A stretch of 53,995 nucleotides of DNA from Actinomycetota bacterium. Lineage in GTDB: Bacteria > Actinomycetota > Actinomycetes > S36-B12. Below are positions 18,229 through 29,491 of this stretch, one piece after another; within the stretch, counting starts at the first letter, position 1, and every line of letters starts with the position of its first letter. The stretch is from assembly GCA_009699315.1 (NCBI GenBank), contig WLOK01000003.1:1-53995 (forward strand), read 5' to 3'. The notes beneath the pieces were generated by a model that worked only from the letters and a program-made list of their open reading frames with translations, did not search any database and was not told the DNA's origin. The position numbers and the translations under genes are program-made.

Positions 18229-20226
18229 ATGAGTGTGAGCGTCACCGTCGTCAGCCCCGAACCTGTGGTTCGCGAGGTCGAGACGGGCACGACGGCCATG
18301 GACGTTGTGGGCCAGGACCGAAGTGTCCTCGTGGCGCGGGTCAATGGGACGCTCAAGGACCTCGACTATGTGCTCGAGCCCGGAGACGTCGTCGAACCCG
18401 TCACGGCAGCGGACCCCGAAGGACTCGCAGTACTGCGGCACTCGTGCGCGCACGTGCTGGCCCAAGCCGTTCAGCAGGAATTCCCCGAGGCCAAGCTGGG
18501 CATTGGCCCTCCGATCAAGGACGGGTTCTACTACGACTTCGCAGTCGGTCGGCCCTTCACTCCAGAAGACCTTCAGGCACTTGAAAAGCGCATGCAAGTG
18601 ATCCTCAAGGCAGGACAGCGCTTCACTCGGCGCGTCGTCACAGAAGACCAGGCCCGGCACGAACTCAAGCACGAGCCCTTCAAGATGCGTCTCATCGGCA
18701 GCGAGGGTGGTGCCGATGTCATGGAGGTCGGCGGTGCCGAGTTGACTATCTACGACAACGTCGACGCAAAGTCAGGCGAGCGATGCTGGGGCGACCTATG
18801 TCGCGGGCCGCACGTTCCCACAACTCGTTACATAGCTCCCAACGCGATCAAACTGATGCGTAGCGCCGCTGCATATTGGCTAGGCAATCAGGACAACGAG
18901 TCCCTTCAGCGCATTTATGGCACGGCGTGGGCGAGCAAGGACGAACTCCAGGGCTACCTCACATTCCTTCAGGAGGCCGAACGCCGCGACCATCGCCGTC
19001 TCGGCGCTGAGCTCGATCTGTTCTCATTCCCCGAGGAAATCGGGTCTGGCCTCGCGGTGTTTCACCCCAAGGGCGGCGTGATCCGCCGTGTCATGGAGGA
19101 CTACTCGCGCAGTCGACACGAAGCAGCGGGCTATGAGTTCGTTAACACCCCGCACCTGACCAAGGCCCAACTTTTCGAGACCTCTGGTCACCTTGATTGG
19201 TACTCCGAGGGCATGTACCCGCCCATGGAACTCGATGCCGAATACACCGAGGACGGTCAACTGCGCCGTGCGCCGCAGAAGTACTACCTCAAACCAATGA
19301 ACTGCCCTATGCACAACTTGATCTATCGCTCTCGCGGACGCTCTTATCGAGAATTGCCATTGCGACTTTTTGAGTTCGGCACCGTCTATCGCTATGAGAA
19401 GTCCGGAGTTGTTCAGGGACTCACTCGCGCGCGCGGCTTCACTCAAGATGATGCGCACATCTACTGCACAAAAGAACAGATGCCGGGCGAGCTCGATACC
19501 CTGCTGACCTTCGTCCTTGATCTGCTGCGCGACTACGGCTTGACCGACTTCTACCTCGAGTTGTCCACGCGCGATCCAAAGAAGAGCGTAGGCACCGACG
19601 AGGAATGGGCAGAGGCTACCGAAGCGCTGCGTGTCGCTGCAGAGAAGCAGGGCTTGACTCTGGTGCTCGACGAAGGTGGCGCTGCGTTCTACGGACCTAA
19701 GGTCTCCGTGCAGGCCAAGGATGCCATCGGTCGCACCTGGCAAATGTCGACAATTCAGGTCGACTTCCAATTGCCCCAGCGCTTCGATCTGGAGTTCCAA
19801 AGCGCGGACGGCACTCGTCAGCAACCGATCATGATCCACCGCGCGCTCTTTGGCTCGATCGAGCGTTTCTTCGGCGTTCTCCTAGAGCACTATGCCGGTG
19901 CGTTCCCCCCGTGGCTCGCACCCGTGCAGGTCGTGGGCATTCCAGTCACCGACTCTCATGTGGATTACCTTGTTCAGGTCGCTGCTTCACTTCGCGCCGA
20001 AGGCGTACGTGTCGAGGTTGACTCGTCTGATGACCGTATGCAGAAGAAGATTCGCAGTGCCCAAAAGCTGAAGATCCCCTACATGCTTATCGCTGGTGAC
20101 GAGGATGTCGCGGCCGGAGCCGTGTCCTTCCGTTATCGCGACGGCACGCAGCGCAACGGCATCCCAGTGTCTGAGGCCATTGCCGAGATTGTCGACGCCG
20201 TACGCAACCGGCTACAGATCGCATGA
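18229..20226 (+). CDS. thrS: Threonine-tRNA ligase
   Basis: TGS domain, HSCAH and DLCRGPH editing motifs, [27 protein letters not shown] ribosome-binding site before ATG 18229. Confidence 0.96.
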   Translation: MSVSVTVVSPEPVVREVETGTTAMDVVGQDRSVLVARVNGTLKDLDYVLEPGDVVEPVTAADPEGLAVLRHSCAHVLAQAVQQEFPEAKLGIGPPIKDGFYYDFAVGRPFTPEDLQALEKRMQVILKAGQRFTRRVVTEDQARHELKHEPFKMRLIGSEGGADVMEVGGAELTIYDNVDAKSGERCWGDLCRGPHVPTTRYIAPNAIKLMRSAAAYWLGNQDNESLQRIYGTAWASKDELQGYLTFLQEAERRDHRRLGAELDLFSFPEEIGSGLAVFHPKGGVIRRVMEDYSRSRHEAAGYEFVNTPHLTKAQLFETSGHLDWYSEGMYPPMELDAEYTEDGQLRRAPQKYYLKPMNCPMHNLIYRSRGRSYRELPLRLFEFGTVYRYEKSGVVQGLTRARGFTQDDAHIYCTKEQMPGELDTLLTFVLDLLRDYGLTDFYLELSTRDPKKSVGTDEEWAEATEALRVAAEKQGLTLVLDEGGAAFYGPKVSVQAKDAIGRTWQMSTIQVDFQLPQRFDLEFQSADGTRQQPIMIHRALFGSIERFFGVLLEHYAGAFPPWLAPVQVVGIPVTDSHVDYLVQVAASLRAEGVRVEVDSSDDRMQKKIRSAQKLKIPYMLIAGDEDVAAGAVSFRYRDGTQRNGIPVSEAIAEIVDAVRNRLQIA

Positions 20227-20732
20227 GTGACGCGTGGGATCGGCTCTGGACCCCGCACCGCATGGTGTACATCAACGGGGAGGGTCGCCCCACGCATACC
20301 GAGGCCGGTGATGAATGTCCGTTCTGTCGCATCCCCACGCTGGGTGATGTGGATGGTCTAACTGTGGCTCGGGGCGAGTTGGTCTTTGCTGTCTTGAACT
20401 TGTATCCCTACAACTCCGGTCACCTCATGGTGTGTCCCTACCGACATGTGCCTGAATACTCCGATCTCACTGCCGAAGAGGTTGCTGAGTTTGGGCTTTT
20501 TACTCAATTAGCGATGCGCGCGTTACGCCGAGCTTCGAGTGCTCAGGGCTTCAACATCGGAATGAATCAAGGTGCCGTCGCCGGTGCAGGCATTGCGGGC
20601 CATCTACACCAGCATGTCGTGCCGCGATGGGCCGGCGACACCAACTTCATGCCTGTCATTTCCAGTGTTAAAACTATGCCGCAACTTCTTGAGGACACGC
20701 GTGAACTGATAGTCGCCGAATGGGGACTCTAA
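20223..20732 (+). CDS. HIT-family nucleotide hydrolase/Ap4A phosphorylase-like protein
   Basis: [18 protein letters not shown] histidine triad. Conserved position after thrS. Confidence 0.9.
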   Translation: MSDAWDRLWTPHRMVYINGEGRPTHTEAGDECPFCRIPTLGDVDGLTVARGELVFAVLNLYPYNSGHLMVCPYRHVPEYSDLTAEEVAEFGLFTQLAMRALRRASSAQGFNIGMNQGAVAGAGIAGHLHQHVVPRWAGDTNFMPVISSVKTMPQLLEDTRELIVAEWGL

Positions 20733-20736
20733 GACC

Positions 20737-21720
20737 TTAGGAACGCTGGTAGATCCCGCTCTCTGGGTATCCGCTTGCCGGCGTCGACACATCATCGAGA
20801 GCCTGTGCGATTTCTTCGGGAAGTTCGAGTTCTTCGGTCGCAAGTGCCGCGTGTAGTTGATCGAGAGTCCGAGCGCCCACGATGGGTGACACCACACCTG
20901 GCCGATCACGCACCCACGCCAAGGCCACCTCAGCCGGAGAGACGCCTAATCCATCGGCGGCCATCGCAACACCGTCGACTACCCGCCGATTGCGCTCGTG
21001 CAGGTATGCCTGCACGAATGGACCAAACGCCTCCGAACTCGCGCGGGAGTCAATGGGCGCACTGTGACGGTATTTGGCGGTGAGCACACCACGGCCAAGA
21101 GGCGACCACGGCAGAATGCCGACACCCATTGCTTGAGCGGCCGGAAGCACCTCGCGTTCGATGCCGCGCTGTAGAAGTGAGTACTCCATCTGTGTGGAGA
21201 TGATGGGGGAGCGACCGGTGACTGCGCGCTGCCAGGTCACTGCCTGTGCAAGTTGCCATCCAGAGTAGTTGGAAACGCCAATGTAATTGACTCGACCTGA
21301 TCGAACCGCGTCGTCCATTGCGGCGAGAGTTTCTTCAATCGGGGTGAACGCGTCCCAGACGTGCATCTGCCAGATGTCGACGTGATCAACACCGAGACGC
21401 TCGAGAGACCGGTCAAGAGCATGCAAAATGTGCTGGCGCGAGGCATCGAACCGGCGAGGCGTGCCAGGTCGCGACACTGCTTTGGTGGCGATGATCGATC
21501 TCGATCGCACGCTGGGATCTTCGAGTATCGAACCGAGAATGCGCTCAGACATGCCGTCGGCGTAGACGTCAGCGGTATCGATGAGATTGCCACCCGCATC
21601 CAAGAATGCATGGACCTGCGCACGAGCGGTCTCCTCGTCGGTACCCCGGTCCCACGTCATGGTGCCCAGTGCGAGACGGCTGACCTGCAGGCCCGTAGTG
21701 CCCAGTAGTCGCTGCTCCAT
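20737..21720 (-). CDS. Aldo/keto reductase
   Basis: LGTMTW, IDTADVY, SLERLGVDHVD, YIGVSNY, WSPLGRGVL, PIVGART. Confidence 0.92.
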   Translation of the reverse strand: MEQRLLGTTGLQVSRLALGTMTWDRGTDEETARAQVHAFLDAGGNLIDTADVYADGMSERILGSILEDPSVRSRSIIATKAVSRPGTPRRFDASRQHILHALDRSLERLGVDHVDIWQMHVWDAFTPIEETLAAMDDAVRSGRVNYIGVSNYSGWQLAQAVTWQRAVTGRSPIISTQMEYSLLQRGIEREVLPAAQAMGVGILPWSPLGRGVLTAKYRHSAPIDSRASSEAFGPFVQAYLHERNRRVVDGVAMAADGLGVSPAEVALAWVRDRPGVVSPIVGARTLDQLHAALATEELELPEEIAQALDDVSTPASGYPESGIYQRS

Positions 21721-21726
21721 GCACCG

Positions 21727-21748
21727 AACCTACCTCCCAGATCTGACA
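21727..21748 (-). promoter_or_regulatory. PafBC-type (RecA-NDp) promoter, leaderless, upstream of the aldo/keto reductase
   Basis: Minus strand reads TGTCAG-ATCTGGGAGG-TAGGTT-N6-ATG, matching TGTCRG-N10-TANNNT. Confidence 0.55.
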
Positions 21749-21789
21749 TTCATGGGGAGGTAGGCTGCATGAAACGGTATGGAGGGCGC

Positions 21790-22839
21790 GTGAAGCTCGG
21801 ACTCAATCTTGGCTACTGGGGCGGCGGCAACGACGCCGACAATCTGACTCTCGCGCAAGAGGCTGATCGTCTCGGCTATAGCGTCGTCTGGGCTGCAGAG
21901 GCGTACGGCTCTGATGCTGCGACCGTCCTGGCTTGGGTCGCTGCTCAGACCACACGGGTCGATGTGGGCTCGGCCATCTTCCAGATCCCCGGTCGCACTC
22001 CCGCCAATACGGCCATGACGGCCGCGACGCTCGACACACTTTCAGGTGGGCGATTTCGCCTTGGGTTGGGCGTGTCCGGCCCGCAAGTGTCTGAAGGTTG
22101 GCACGGTGTCAGGTTCGATAAGCCGCTGAAACGCACTCGCGAATACGTCGAGATTGTCCGTAAGGCCCTGGCGCGCGAACGATTGACCTACGACGGCGAG
22201 TTCTTCACGCTTCCACTCCCTAATGGGCCCGGAAAGGCGCTGACACTCACTGTGCATCCGGTGCGCGACAGCATTCCGATCTATCTTGCCGCGGTGGGGC
22301 CAAAGAATCTCGAACTCGCCGGTGAGATTGCCGATGGCTGGCTGGCCATCTTCTACGTGCCCGAGACGAGTGGTGAATTGCTCGCCAATGTCATGTCCGG
22401 ACGCACAAAGGTCGGCAAGACGCTCGAAGGATTCGACATTGTGCCGACTGTTCCCGTTGTGATCGGCGACAACGTCGAGGACTGTGCTGGGCCGCTACGA
22501 GGGTACTCAGCGCTCTATATCGGCGGCATGGGCAGCAAGGAACAGAATTTCTACAACGCGCTCGCAACTCGGCTGGGTTACGGCGAAGCTGCTGCGGCCA
22601 TCCAAGAGGCCTACCTCGCCAAGGATTACTTCGGTGCCGCCCGCGCTGTTCCCGTTGAATTTATCGACCGCACCTCATTGATTGGGCCTCGCGAGCGCGT
22701 CCGCGATCGTCTAGCCGCTTACGCCGAATCAGGCGTCACTACGCTTACTCTCGCGGTATCCATTGGCTCGATCGATCAAAGGATTTCCACCTTGCGCACC
22801 ATGGCCGAAGTTCTCGACGAATCTGGATTGGCGGACTAG
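21790..22839 (+). CDS. LLM-class F420-dependent oxidoreductase
   Basis: AEAYGSDA, TLDTLSGGRFRLGLGVSGPQVSEGWHG, GPKNLELAGEIADGW. GGAGG before GTG 21790. Confidence 0.88.
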   Translation: MKLGLNLGYWGGGNDADNLTLAQEADRLGYSVVWAAEAYGSDAATVLAWVAAQTTRVDVGSAIFQIPGRTPANTAMTAATLDTLSGGRFRLGLGVSGPQVSEGWHGVRFDKPLKRTREYVEIVRKALARERLTYDGEFFTLPLPNGPGKALTLTVHPVRDSIPIYLAAVGPKNLELAGEIADGWLAIFYVPETSGELLANVMSGRTKVGKTLEGFDIVPTVPVVIGDNVEDCAGPLRGYSALYIGGMGSKEQNFYNALATRLGYGEAAAAIQEAYLAKDYFGAARAVPVEFIDRTSLIGPRERVRDRLAAYAESGVTTLTLAVSIGSIDQRISTLRTMAEVLDESGLAD

Positions 22840-23657
22840 TGGGCTGGTTTGAGGCAATTGTTCTCGGAATCATTCAAGGACTAACGGAGTTCTTGCCGAT
22901 CTCCTCGAGCGCGCACATCTTGATTGCTTCTCAAATCTTCCATTGGGACGACCCAGGGGCCGCTTTCACAGCTGTCACACAGATCGGCACCGAAGCCGCG
23001 GTTCTCATCTACTTCCGCAAGGACATTGGGCGCATCATCTCCACGTGGTTTCGATCCTTGCGCGATCCCTCGCTCCGCAGCGATCCGGACGCGCGCATGG
23101 GATGGCTCGTCATCATCGGCACTATCCCTATCTCGGTCCTAGGAATCGCGTTTTCGCATCAGATCGAGACCGTCGCTCGCAATCTTTGGCTAGTGGCCGC
23201 GATGTTGGCGATCTTTGGCTTAGTACTAGGTGCATCTGACGCACTCGGCTCGCGCGTGCGAACTTCACAACAGATGACCTGGCGCGACGGCATACTCATT
23301 GGTCTTGCGCAGGCACTCGCGCTTATTCCAGGAGTCTCCAGATCTGGTGCGACCATCTCTGGCGGACTTTTCCTTGGCTATACCCGTGAGGCAGCAGCCC
23401 GCTTCGCCTTTCTTTTGGCCGTCCCGGCGGTGTTGCTATCCGGGTTTTATGAAGCCTCCAAAATCGGCAAAGACGGCGCGCCGACGTCTTGGGGGCCCAC
23501 GATTCTGGCCACCGTGATCGCGTTCGCCGTGGGATACACAGTGATCCGGTGGTTGATGAGGTACCTCATGACGGGCAGTTTCCGACCATTCGTGTTCTAT
23601 CGGCTTGGCCTAGCGGCTGTTCTGGTCGTTCTACTTGTGACAGGGGTTGTCTCCTAG
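22839..23657 (+). CDS. uppP: Undecaprenyl-diphosphate phosphatase
   Basis: QGLTEFLPISSSAH and PGVSRSGAT motifs, multiple TM segments. Confidence 0.94.
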   Translation: MGWFEAIVLGIIQGLTEFLPISSSAHILIASQIFHWDDPGAAFTAVTQIGTEAAVLIYFRKDIGRIISTWFRSLRDPSLRSDPDARMGWLVIIGTIPISVLGIAFSHQIETVARNLWLVAAMLAIFGLVLGASDALGSRVRTSQQMTWRDGILIGLAQALALIPGVSRSGATISGGLFLGYTREAAARFAFLLAVPAVLLSGFYEASKIGKDGAPTSWGPTILATVIAFAVGYTVIRWLMRYLMTGSFRPFVFYRLGLAAVLVVLLVTGVVS

Positions 23658-24649
23658 AGCCAGCCAGACTTCTTGAAAGCGCGCCAAAGCAGCGTGCAAC
23701 TCGTTGCCATGACGAGCAATATCGCTGGATAGCCGAACTGCCAGTGCAGTTCTGGCATGGTGTCAAAGTTCATCCCATAAATGGCTGCGATAGCGGTCGG
23801 CACAGCGGCAATGGCAACCCACGCCGAAATCTTGCGCACGTCTCGGTTTTGTTGCAGGTCTTGGAGTGCAGTGCTCGCCATGAGCATCGACAACAGAATG
23901 TTGTTGAAGCCGTCTACGGCGTCAGCGACGCGCAGGAGGTGGTCGCCCACATCGGCGAACTGGTTGCGCAGCCCGGCGGGAATGGCGTGAAGCGAACGTT
24001 GCGATAACTCATGCGCCAGAGGTACTAGTGGATGCACCGCACGACGGAAGTCCAGATTCTGTCTATTCAGGCTATAAATACGCGCCGTCGAGTCCTGCTT
24101 GTTTGGATTGAACAGCCCGGTTTCAACGTCTTCAACCGCCGTCTGAATGACATCTGTCAGCACTACGTAGTGATCAACCACTAGGTCCATGACGACATAC
24201 AGCACAGAACCGGGACCTTCAGCCGCAATATTGGGGTGCGATTGCAACTGACCTAAAGCAGAGGCGATTTCGGTCGAACCTTCATCGAGGAAAACGATGG
24301 CGAATCCGTGTCCAGTAATGACTGAGATTTGGGAGAGCGTGATCTCCTTCGCTTCTTTGTCCCAAGCCACGGACTTAAGCAAACACAACACGTGCTTATC
24401 CCCGATTTCCACCTTGGCTCGCTGCCGTAGGTTGGCGACATCCTCCATCTGAAGTGGCTCGAGCTCGAATGCAGCAAGCAGAGCGCTGCGCTCGAGACTC
24501 GTTGCCGAATCCACGACCAGCACGCCGAAATCGCCTGAATCTGCTGACTTTGCCCACTGAGCAGCCGCCGCGAGGTCGGCAGAGGATTCCCACGGGTTGC
24601 CCGCAGGGGTGAAGACTCCTCCTATGTAGGCGCCGTGCGCGGTGATCAT
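23654..24649 (-). CDS. corA: CorA-family Mg2+/Co2+ transporter
   Basis: QRAKVE, YGMNF signature, MPELHW and two C-terminal TM helices. Start at 24649 or 24667. Confidence 0.9.
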   Translation of the reverse strand: MITAHGAYIGGVFTPAGNPWESSADLAAAAQWAKSADSGDFGVLVVDSATSLERSALLAAFELEPLQMEDVANLRQRAKVEIGDKHVLCLLKSVAWDKEAKEITLSQISVITGHGFAIVFLDEGSTEIASALGQLQSHPNIAAEGPGSVLYVVMDLVVDHYVVLTDVIQTAVEDVETGLFNPNKQDSTARIYSLNRQNLDFRRAVHPLVPLAHELSQRSLHAIPAGLRNQFADVGDHLLRVADAVDGFNNILLSMLMASTALQDLQQNRDVRKISAWVAIAAVPTAIAAIYGMNFDTMPELHWQFGYPAILLVMATSCTLLWRAFKKSGWL

Positions 24650-24687
24650 GTTCTTAGTCTCGTGCATGGGTGGCCTAGGCTGCGGGA

Positions 24688-25368
24688 ATGACCACGGTGC
24701 TTCTCGTCCGGCATGGGCGTACGACCGCTAATGCCACCGGACTCTTAGCTGGACGCACGCCGGGAGTCCAACTCGACGAGAGGGGCCGGGAGCAAGTCGA
24801 ACGCCTCGGGCTTGGTTTGGCCGCCCTGCCGATAGACGCTGTTATCAGCAGCCCACTCGAGCGGACCATGGAGACTGCAGCAGCGCTCCTCCCCGGGTCC
24901 AAGGGCATTCGTCCGTTGCACGAGGAGGACGGCTTGATCGAGTGCGGCTATGGCGATTGGACGGGGCGCGAACTTAAGGTTCTCGCGAAAGATCCGCTGT
25001 GGAAGATTGTTCAGTCGCAGCCAAGTGCCGTGAAGTTCCCGGGTGACGATGGTGAGCCGATGCTCACGATGCAACATCGTGCCGTCACGGCGATCCGGCG
25101 TTGGAACGTGACCCTTGGACCTCGCAGCATGTATGTCGCGGTGAGCCATGGCGATGTGATCAAGGCAATTCTGGCTGACGCGTTGGGCATGCACCTTGAT
25201 CTATTTCAGCGTTTGCATGTCGATCCTGCTTCTGTGTCGGTCATTAACTACTCAGATAGTGGCACATCCGTTTTGCGCATGAATGATTCATCCGCAGACC
25301 TAAGCGCCCTTGTGCGACCAAGCCGACGCAAGTCCAAGTCTGCGACCGTGGGAGGTGGAGCCGGGTGA
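24688..25368 (+). CDS. Histidine phosphatase (MSMEG_4193-type phosphomutase)
   Basis: LVRHG, SSPLERT, SHGDVIK, C-terminal VGGGAG. Confidence 0.88.
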   Translation: MTTVLLVRHGRTTANATGLLAGRTPGVQLDERGREQVERLGLGLAALPIDAVISSPLERTMETAAALLPGSKGIRPLHEEDGLIECGYGDWTGRELKVLAKDPLWKIVQSQPSAVKFPGDDGEPMLTMQHRAVTAIRRWNVTLGPRSMYVAVSHGDVIKAILADALGMHLDLFQRLHVDPASVSVINYSDSGTSVLRMNDSSADLSALVRPSRRKSKSATVGGGAG

Positions 25369-25871
25369 CGCAGTTTGAATTCGATCGGCCGCAGCGCTTC
25401 GTCGCAGGCACAGTGGGCCAACCCGGCGAGCGGGAGTTCTATCTCCAGGCGCGCAATGACGTGGAGATCGTCAGCGTGGCCTTGGACAAGGAGCAAGTGC
25501 GTGTTCTGGCCGAACGTGTTGATGCCCTGCTTAACCACGTCCTCGAAGCAACGGGTGCATCTGCGGCGATCCCGGCGATGCATCTGGGATCTGATGACCT
25601 TGGCCCATTGGAAGTGCCCATCGAATCTGCCTTTCAGGTTCAGATGCTTTCTATCACCTGGGACAGCGCCAAAGAGTGCGTCACGATTGAGGCCTCTAGC
25701 GAAGAAGAGGGCTCTCTCACTGTGCATCTAAGCGGCTTCCAGGCGCGCGCATTTGCACACCGGGCCGTGGCAGTTGTGTCTGCGGGCCGTAAGCCGTGTC
25801 CCATTTGTAGCCAGCCGCTAGATCCACGTGGCCATCTATGCCCGCGAGCAAACGGGTATCGAAGAAGGTGA
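25365..25871 (+). CDS. DUF3090-family protein
   Basis: RFVAGTVGQPGEREFYLQA N-terminus and C-terminal CPIC...GHLCPRANG. Conserved position upstream of mshC. Confidence 0.85.
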   Translation: MTQFEFDRPQRFVAGTVGQPGEREFYLQARNDVEIVSVALDKEQVRVLAERVDALLNHVLEATGASAAIPAMHLGSDDLGPLEVPIESAFQVQMLSITWDSAKECVTIEASSEEEGSLTVHLSGFQARAFAHRAVAVVSAGRKPCPICSQPLDPRGHLCPRANGYRRR

Positions 25872-26647
25872 AGCCCGTAGGCATCGTGGAGGTCCTCACC
25901 AACGGTGAGATCGAGATTGAGGGCCGCCTAGTCGAAGCTTCCAACACGACTCTGCGAGGAGTGGCGACTCTCAATGGCGTATCTCTCATGTGCGTGTACA
26001 AGCCACGGCAGGGCGAGCGCCCCTTGTGGGACTTCGCGGAGGGCACTTTGGGGTTTCGCGAAATAGCGACCTACCGCATCGCGGAGGCACTGAGTTGGAA
26101 CTGTGTCCCCACGACGGTGTGGCGAGAGTCTGGGCCACTGGGCGAGGGAATGTGCCAGTTGTGGATTGATCCCACCCCTGAGTCGGTCGTCGACATCGTT
26201 CCTCGAGACGAGGTCCCGGTGGGGTGGCGGCACATTGTGGACGCAGAAGATCAGGCGGGTCGACCGGTATCGCTAATCCATGCGGACACTCCAGAACTTC
26301 AACGTCTCGCGATTCTCGATGCGATCACGAACAACACAGATCGCAAGGGAGGACACATCTTGGTCGACGCCTTGGGCGGCATCTTCGGCATCGACCATGG
26401 CGTGTGTTTCCACCACGAAGACAAATTGCGGACGGTCCTGTGGGGCTGGATCGGTGAGCCCATCCCGGCAGACATCGTGACGGCCCTGCACTCGATCAGG
26501 AGTCAGATTGTGGATGGGCTCCTCGATGTCTGGCTGACGGTGACGGAGATCGACGCCACCACCGCTCGCATCGACCGCTTGCTGGAGTCCGGGACCTTCC
26601 CGAGCCCGACTGGCGCGTGGCCACCGTTGCCATGGCCCGCCTTCTAG
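25868..26647 (+). CDS. SCO1664-family PI3/4-kinase-like protein
   Basis: VYKP...[29 protein letters not shown]. Confidence 0.85.
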   Translation: MKPVGIVEVLTNGEIEIEGRLVEASNTTLRGVATLNGVSLMCVYKPRQGERPLWDFAEGTLGFREIATYRIAEALSWNCVPTTVWRESGPLGEGMCQLWIDPTPESVVDIVPRDEVPVGWRHIVDAEDQAGRPVSLIHADTPELQRLAILDAITNNTDRKGGHILVDALGGIFGIDHGVCFHHEDKLRTVLWGWIGEPIPADIVTALHSIRSQIVDGLLDVWLTVTEIDATTARIDRLLESGTFPSPTGAWPPLPWPAF

Positions 26648-26669
26648 CAGGTCGCGCTACGCTCACGCC

Positions 26670-27893
26670 GTGGAGTCATGGCGCAGCCCAAACCTGCCCG
26701 CCCTGCCAGGCACTGGCCCGGCGGTGCGGCTTTTCGACACTTCTTCACAGTCGGTAGTGACCACAAAGCCCGAGACGACCGCGCGGATGTACGTGTGTGG
26801 AATCACGCCCTACGACGCCACCCACATTGGTCATGCGGCGACCTACATCGCTTTTGATTTGCTCAACCGCGCCTGGGGAGATGCTGGTCATGCAGTGCAC
26901 TACACCCAAAATGTGACAGATATTGACGATCCACTCCTTGAGCGTGCTGCTGCAACGGGTCAAGATTGGCGTGATGTAGCGATGCGTGAGACGGAACTCT
27001 TCCGCACCGACATGGCAGCCTTGAATGTGATTCCACCTACTGACTACATCGGTGCGGTTGAAGCTATCCCCGAAGTTGTGCGGCGCATTGAGGATTTGCA
27101 GGCACTTGGTCTCGTGTATCGAGTAGACGACGACTTCTATCTCGATATCTCCGCTGATGAGCGCTTTGGTTCGGTGGCCAATCTGCCTCGCGAGGAGATG
27201 ATTGCGATCTTCGCTGAGCGTGGGGGAGATCCGCATCGACCAGGCAAGCGCGATGCGCTGGACCCACTCCTATGGATGGCGGCACGACCCGGAGAACCGC
27301 ATTGGCCCGCCAGCTTAGGAGCAGGGCGGCCCGGCTGGCACATAGAATGCGTAGCGATCGGCCTTGAACATCTCGGCTTCAGCTTCGACGTGCAAGGCGG
27401 TGGATCAGATCTGGCCTTTCCCCATCACGAAATGGGAGCAAGCCAAGGACAATTGCTGTGCCAGGACTGGCCATTTGCCAAGGCGTACGTTCACGCGGGC
27501 ATGGTGCATCTCGACGGGCACAAAATGAGTAAGTCTCGCGGCAACCTTGTCTTCGTTTCGAAGTTGCGCGAATCCGGTGAAGATCCAGCGGCGATTCGTT
27601 TAGCCATACTCGCGCATCATTACCGAAATGATTGGGAGTGGACCCAAGAGTGTTTGGTGGCTGCACGCCATCGACTTAAGTTGTGGCGGCACGCTTTTGA
27701 CGCCCAAGCAGGTGCATCCGGACACGATGTTTTGATACAGATCCGCACTCATCTCAGCAACGACCTCGATGCGCCCGCGGCATTAGCGGCGGTAGATGCG
27801 TGGGTCGCGCAGTCGGCCACTGACAAGTCGGACGAATCCGCCGGCTCACTTACCCGTAACGCCGTGATGGCCTTACTGGGAGTGCACGCTTAA
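26670..27893 (+). CDS. mshC: Mycothiol cysteine ligase
   Basis: [46 protein letters not shown]. No anticodon-binding domain. Confidence 0.94.
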   Translation: MESWRSPNLPALPGTGPAVRLFDTSSQSVVTTKPETTARMYVCGITPYDATHIGHAATYIAFDLLNRAWGDAGHAVHYTQNVTDIDDPLLERAAATGQDWRDVAMRETELFRTDMAALNVIPPTDYIGAVEAIPEVVRRIEDLQALGLVYRVDDDFYLDISADERFGSVANLPREEMIAIFAERGGDPHRPGKRDALDPLLWMAARPGEPHWPASLGAGRPGWHIECVAIGLEHLGFSFDVQGGGSDLAFPHHEMGASQGQLLCQDWPFAKAYVHAGMVHLDGHKMSKSRGNLVFVSKLRESGEDPAAIRLAILAHHYRNDWEWTQECLVAARHRLKLWRHAFDAQAGASGHDVLIQIRTHLSNDLDAPAALAAVDAWVAQSATDKSDESAGSLTRNAVMALLGVHA

Positions 27894-28735
27894 CCTTCTG
27901 ATCCGTGCCTGCGTAAATAGCGTTCGAATTCACGCGCGATCGTATCGCCGCTCACGTCTGCCATGTCGTCGTCGCGGGCTTCTTCAAGATCGCGTACGTG
28001 ACCGGCGAAGTCTTCATCCTCTTGCACCATCTCGTCGATGCCCGCCGCCCAGGCACGTGAGTCATCGGTGAGATCTCCCATTGGCACCGGCATATCCAGA
28101 ACGTCCTCGACATGCTGGAGGAGTGCCATCGTTGCCTTGGGCGATGGCGGGGCGGCGGCGTAGTGCGGAACCGCAGCCCAGAATGACACGGCGGGAATAC
28201 CCGCACGATGACAGGCTTCCTGAATCACGCCAACGATGCCAGTCGGACCCTCGTAACGTGATGGTTCGAGCCCTAGTCGGGTCGAGACCTCGTCGTCGGT
28301 AGACGTTCCGGTGACGGGGACCGGGCGAGTGTGGGGACTGTCGGAGAGCAGCGCACCCAAAGTCACCACCATCTCAACCCCGAGGGATTGCGCAAGCGTG
28401 ACGATTTCTGCGGTGAACTGCTTCCATCGCATGTTTGGCTCAACGCCTTGGACCAAGATCACGTCGCGGCTAGCCAAGGGCAGACGAGCGACATGGAAAC
28501 TAGTGGTGGGCCAGGTCAGGGTACGCGCACCATTTTCATCAAAGGCAACATTGGGTCGGTTGACCTGATAGTCGTAGTACTCCTCGGGATCGATCTCGGC
28601 AAGATCGGTCGCGTCCCAGACTTCGCATAGATGCGCGATGGCGCCGCTGGCGGCCTCGCCCGCGTCGTTCCAGCCCTCGAAGGCAGCCAGCATGATCGGG
28701 TTGACCAGCGACGGACGGGACTCTGACTCGATCAA
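27890..28735 (-). CDS. PAC2-family (proteasome assembly chaperone-like) protein
   Basis: [51 protein letters not shown] before TTG 28735. Confidence 0.88.
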   Translation of the reverse strand: MIESESRPSLVNPIMLAAFEGWNDAGEAASGAIAHLCEVWDATDLAEIDPEEYYDYQVNRPNVAFDENGARTLTWPTTSFHVARLPLASRDVILVQGVEPNMRWKQFTAEIVTLAQSLGVEMVVTLGALLSDSPHTRPVPVTGTSTDDEVSTRLGLEPSRYEGPTGIVGVIQEACHRAGIPAVSFWAAVPHYAAAPPSPKATMALLQHVEDVLDMPVPMGDLTDDSRAWAAGIDEMVQEDEDFAGHVRDLEEARDDDMADVSGDTIAREFERYLRRHGSEG

Positions 28736-28812
28736 GACTGCACCTCCTTGCCCCAACCCTACGGCCCTACGGGCGAATTTGGGTCGGGGTGGCCCATGGT
28801 TACCCTTGCGGG

Positions 28813-29481
28813 GTGCAGCCGGCCGCCATTCTCTTCGATATGGACGGCACTCTCGTGGATACCGAGCACGTGTGGCTCGAGGGCGAGATCCTCACGATGT
28901 CCACGCTGGGGGGCACGTGGTCGGCGGCAGATCAGGCTGTCTGCCTCGGTGGCCCGCTCGAGCGAGTGGCTGACTACATGGTGGCTAAGTCAGGGACGCA
29001 GACCCCTAGCAACGTGGTGGGAAGCCGCCTCATCGCCACCATGGAGACCCTCTTCCGTCGCGAGGATCCGACTTGGCAGCCAGGAGCCCGTGAATTGTTA
29101 ACAGCGGCTCACAGCGTGGGTATCCCCACCGCACTTGTCTCTGCCTCATGGCGCACTTTGATGAACGCTGTGACAGAGGCTGTTACGCGAGAGTTTGGAT
29201 TCAACCCGTTCACGGTCACCGTCGCGGGAGACGAAGTCTCCGACACCAAACCGCACCCCAGGCCCTATTGGCAAGCCGCTGCTGCACTCGGCGTAGACAT
29301 CGACAAGTGCGTCGTGATCGAGGATTCGCCTACCGGAGTCGCGTCCGGGCAAGCATCAGGAGCCTTTGTCATCGCAGTGCCGCACATCGCGCCAGTGGGG
29401 GCCGACCCACGAACCGCTGTCGTGTCGAGCCTCACCGAGGTGACGTTAGACCGAATCAACGTATGGATCACGCCGAACTAG
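28813..29481 (+). CDS. HAD-family phosphatase
   Basis: FDMDGTL, KPHP, IEDSPTG. TACCCT-N6-GTG gives start 28813. Confidence 0.9.
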   Translation: MQPAAILFDMDGTLVDTEHVWLEGEILTMSTLGGTWSAADQAVCLGGPLERVADYMVAKSGTQTPSNVVGSRLIATMETLFRREDPTWQPGARELLTAAHSVGIPTALVSASWRTLMNAVTEAVTREFGFNPFTVTVAGDEVSDTKPHPRPYWQAAAALGVDIDKCVVIEDSPTGVASGQASGAFVIAVPHIAPVGADPRTAVVSSLTEVTLDRINVWITPN

Positions 29482-29491
29482 ACCCCAACAG

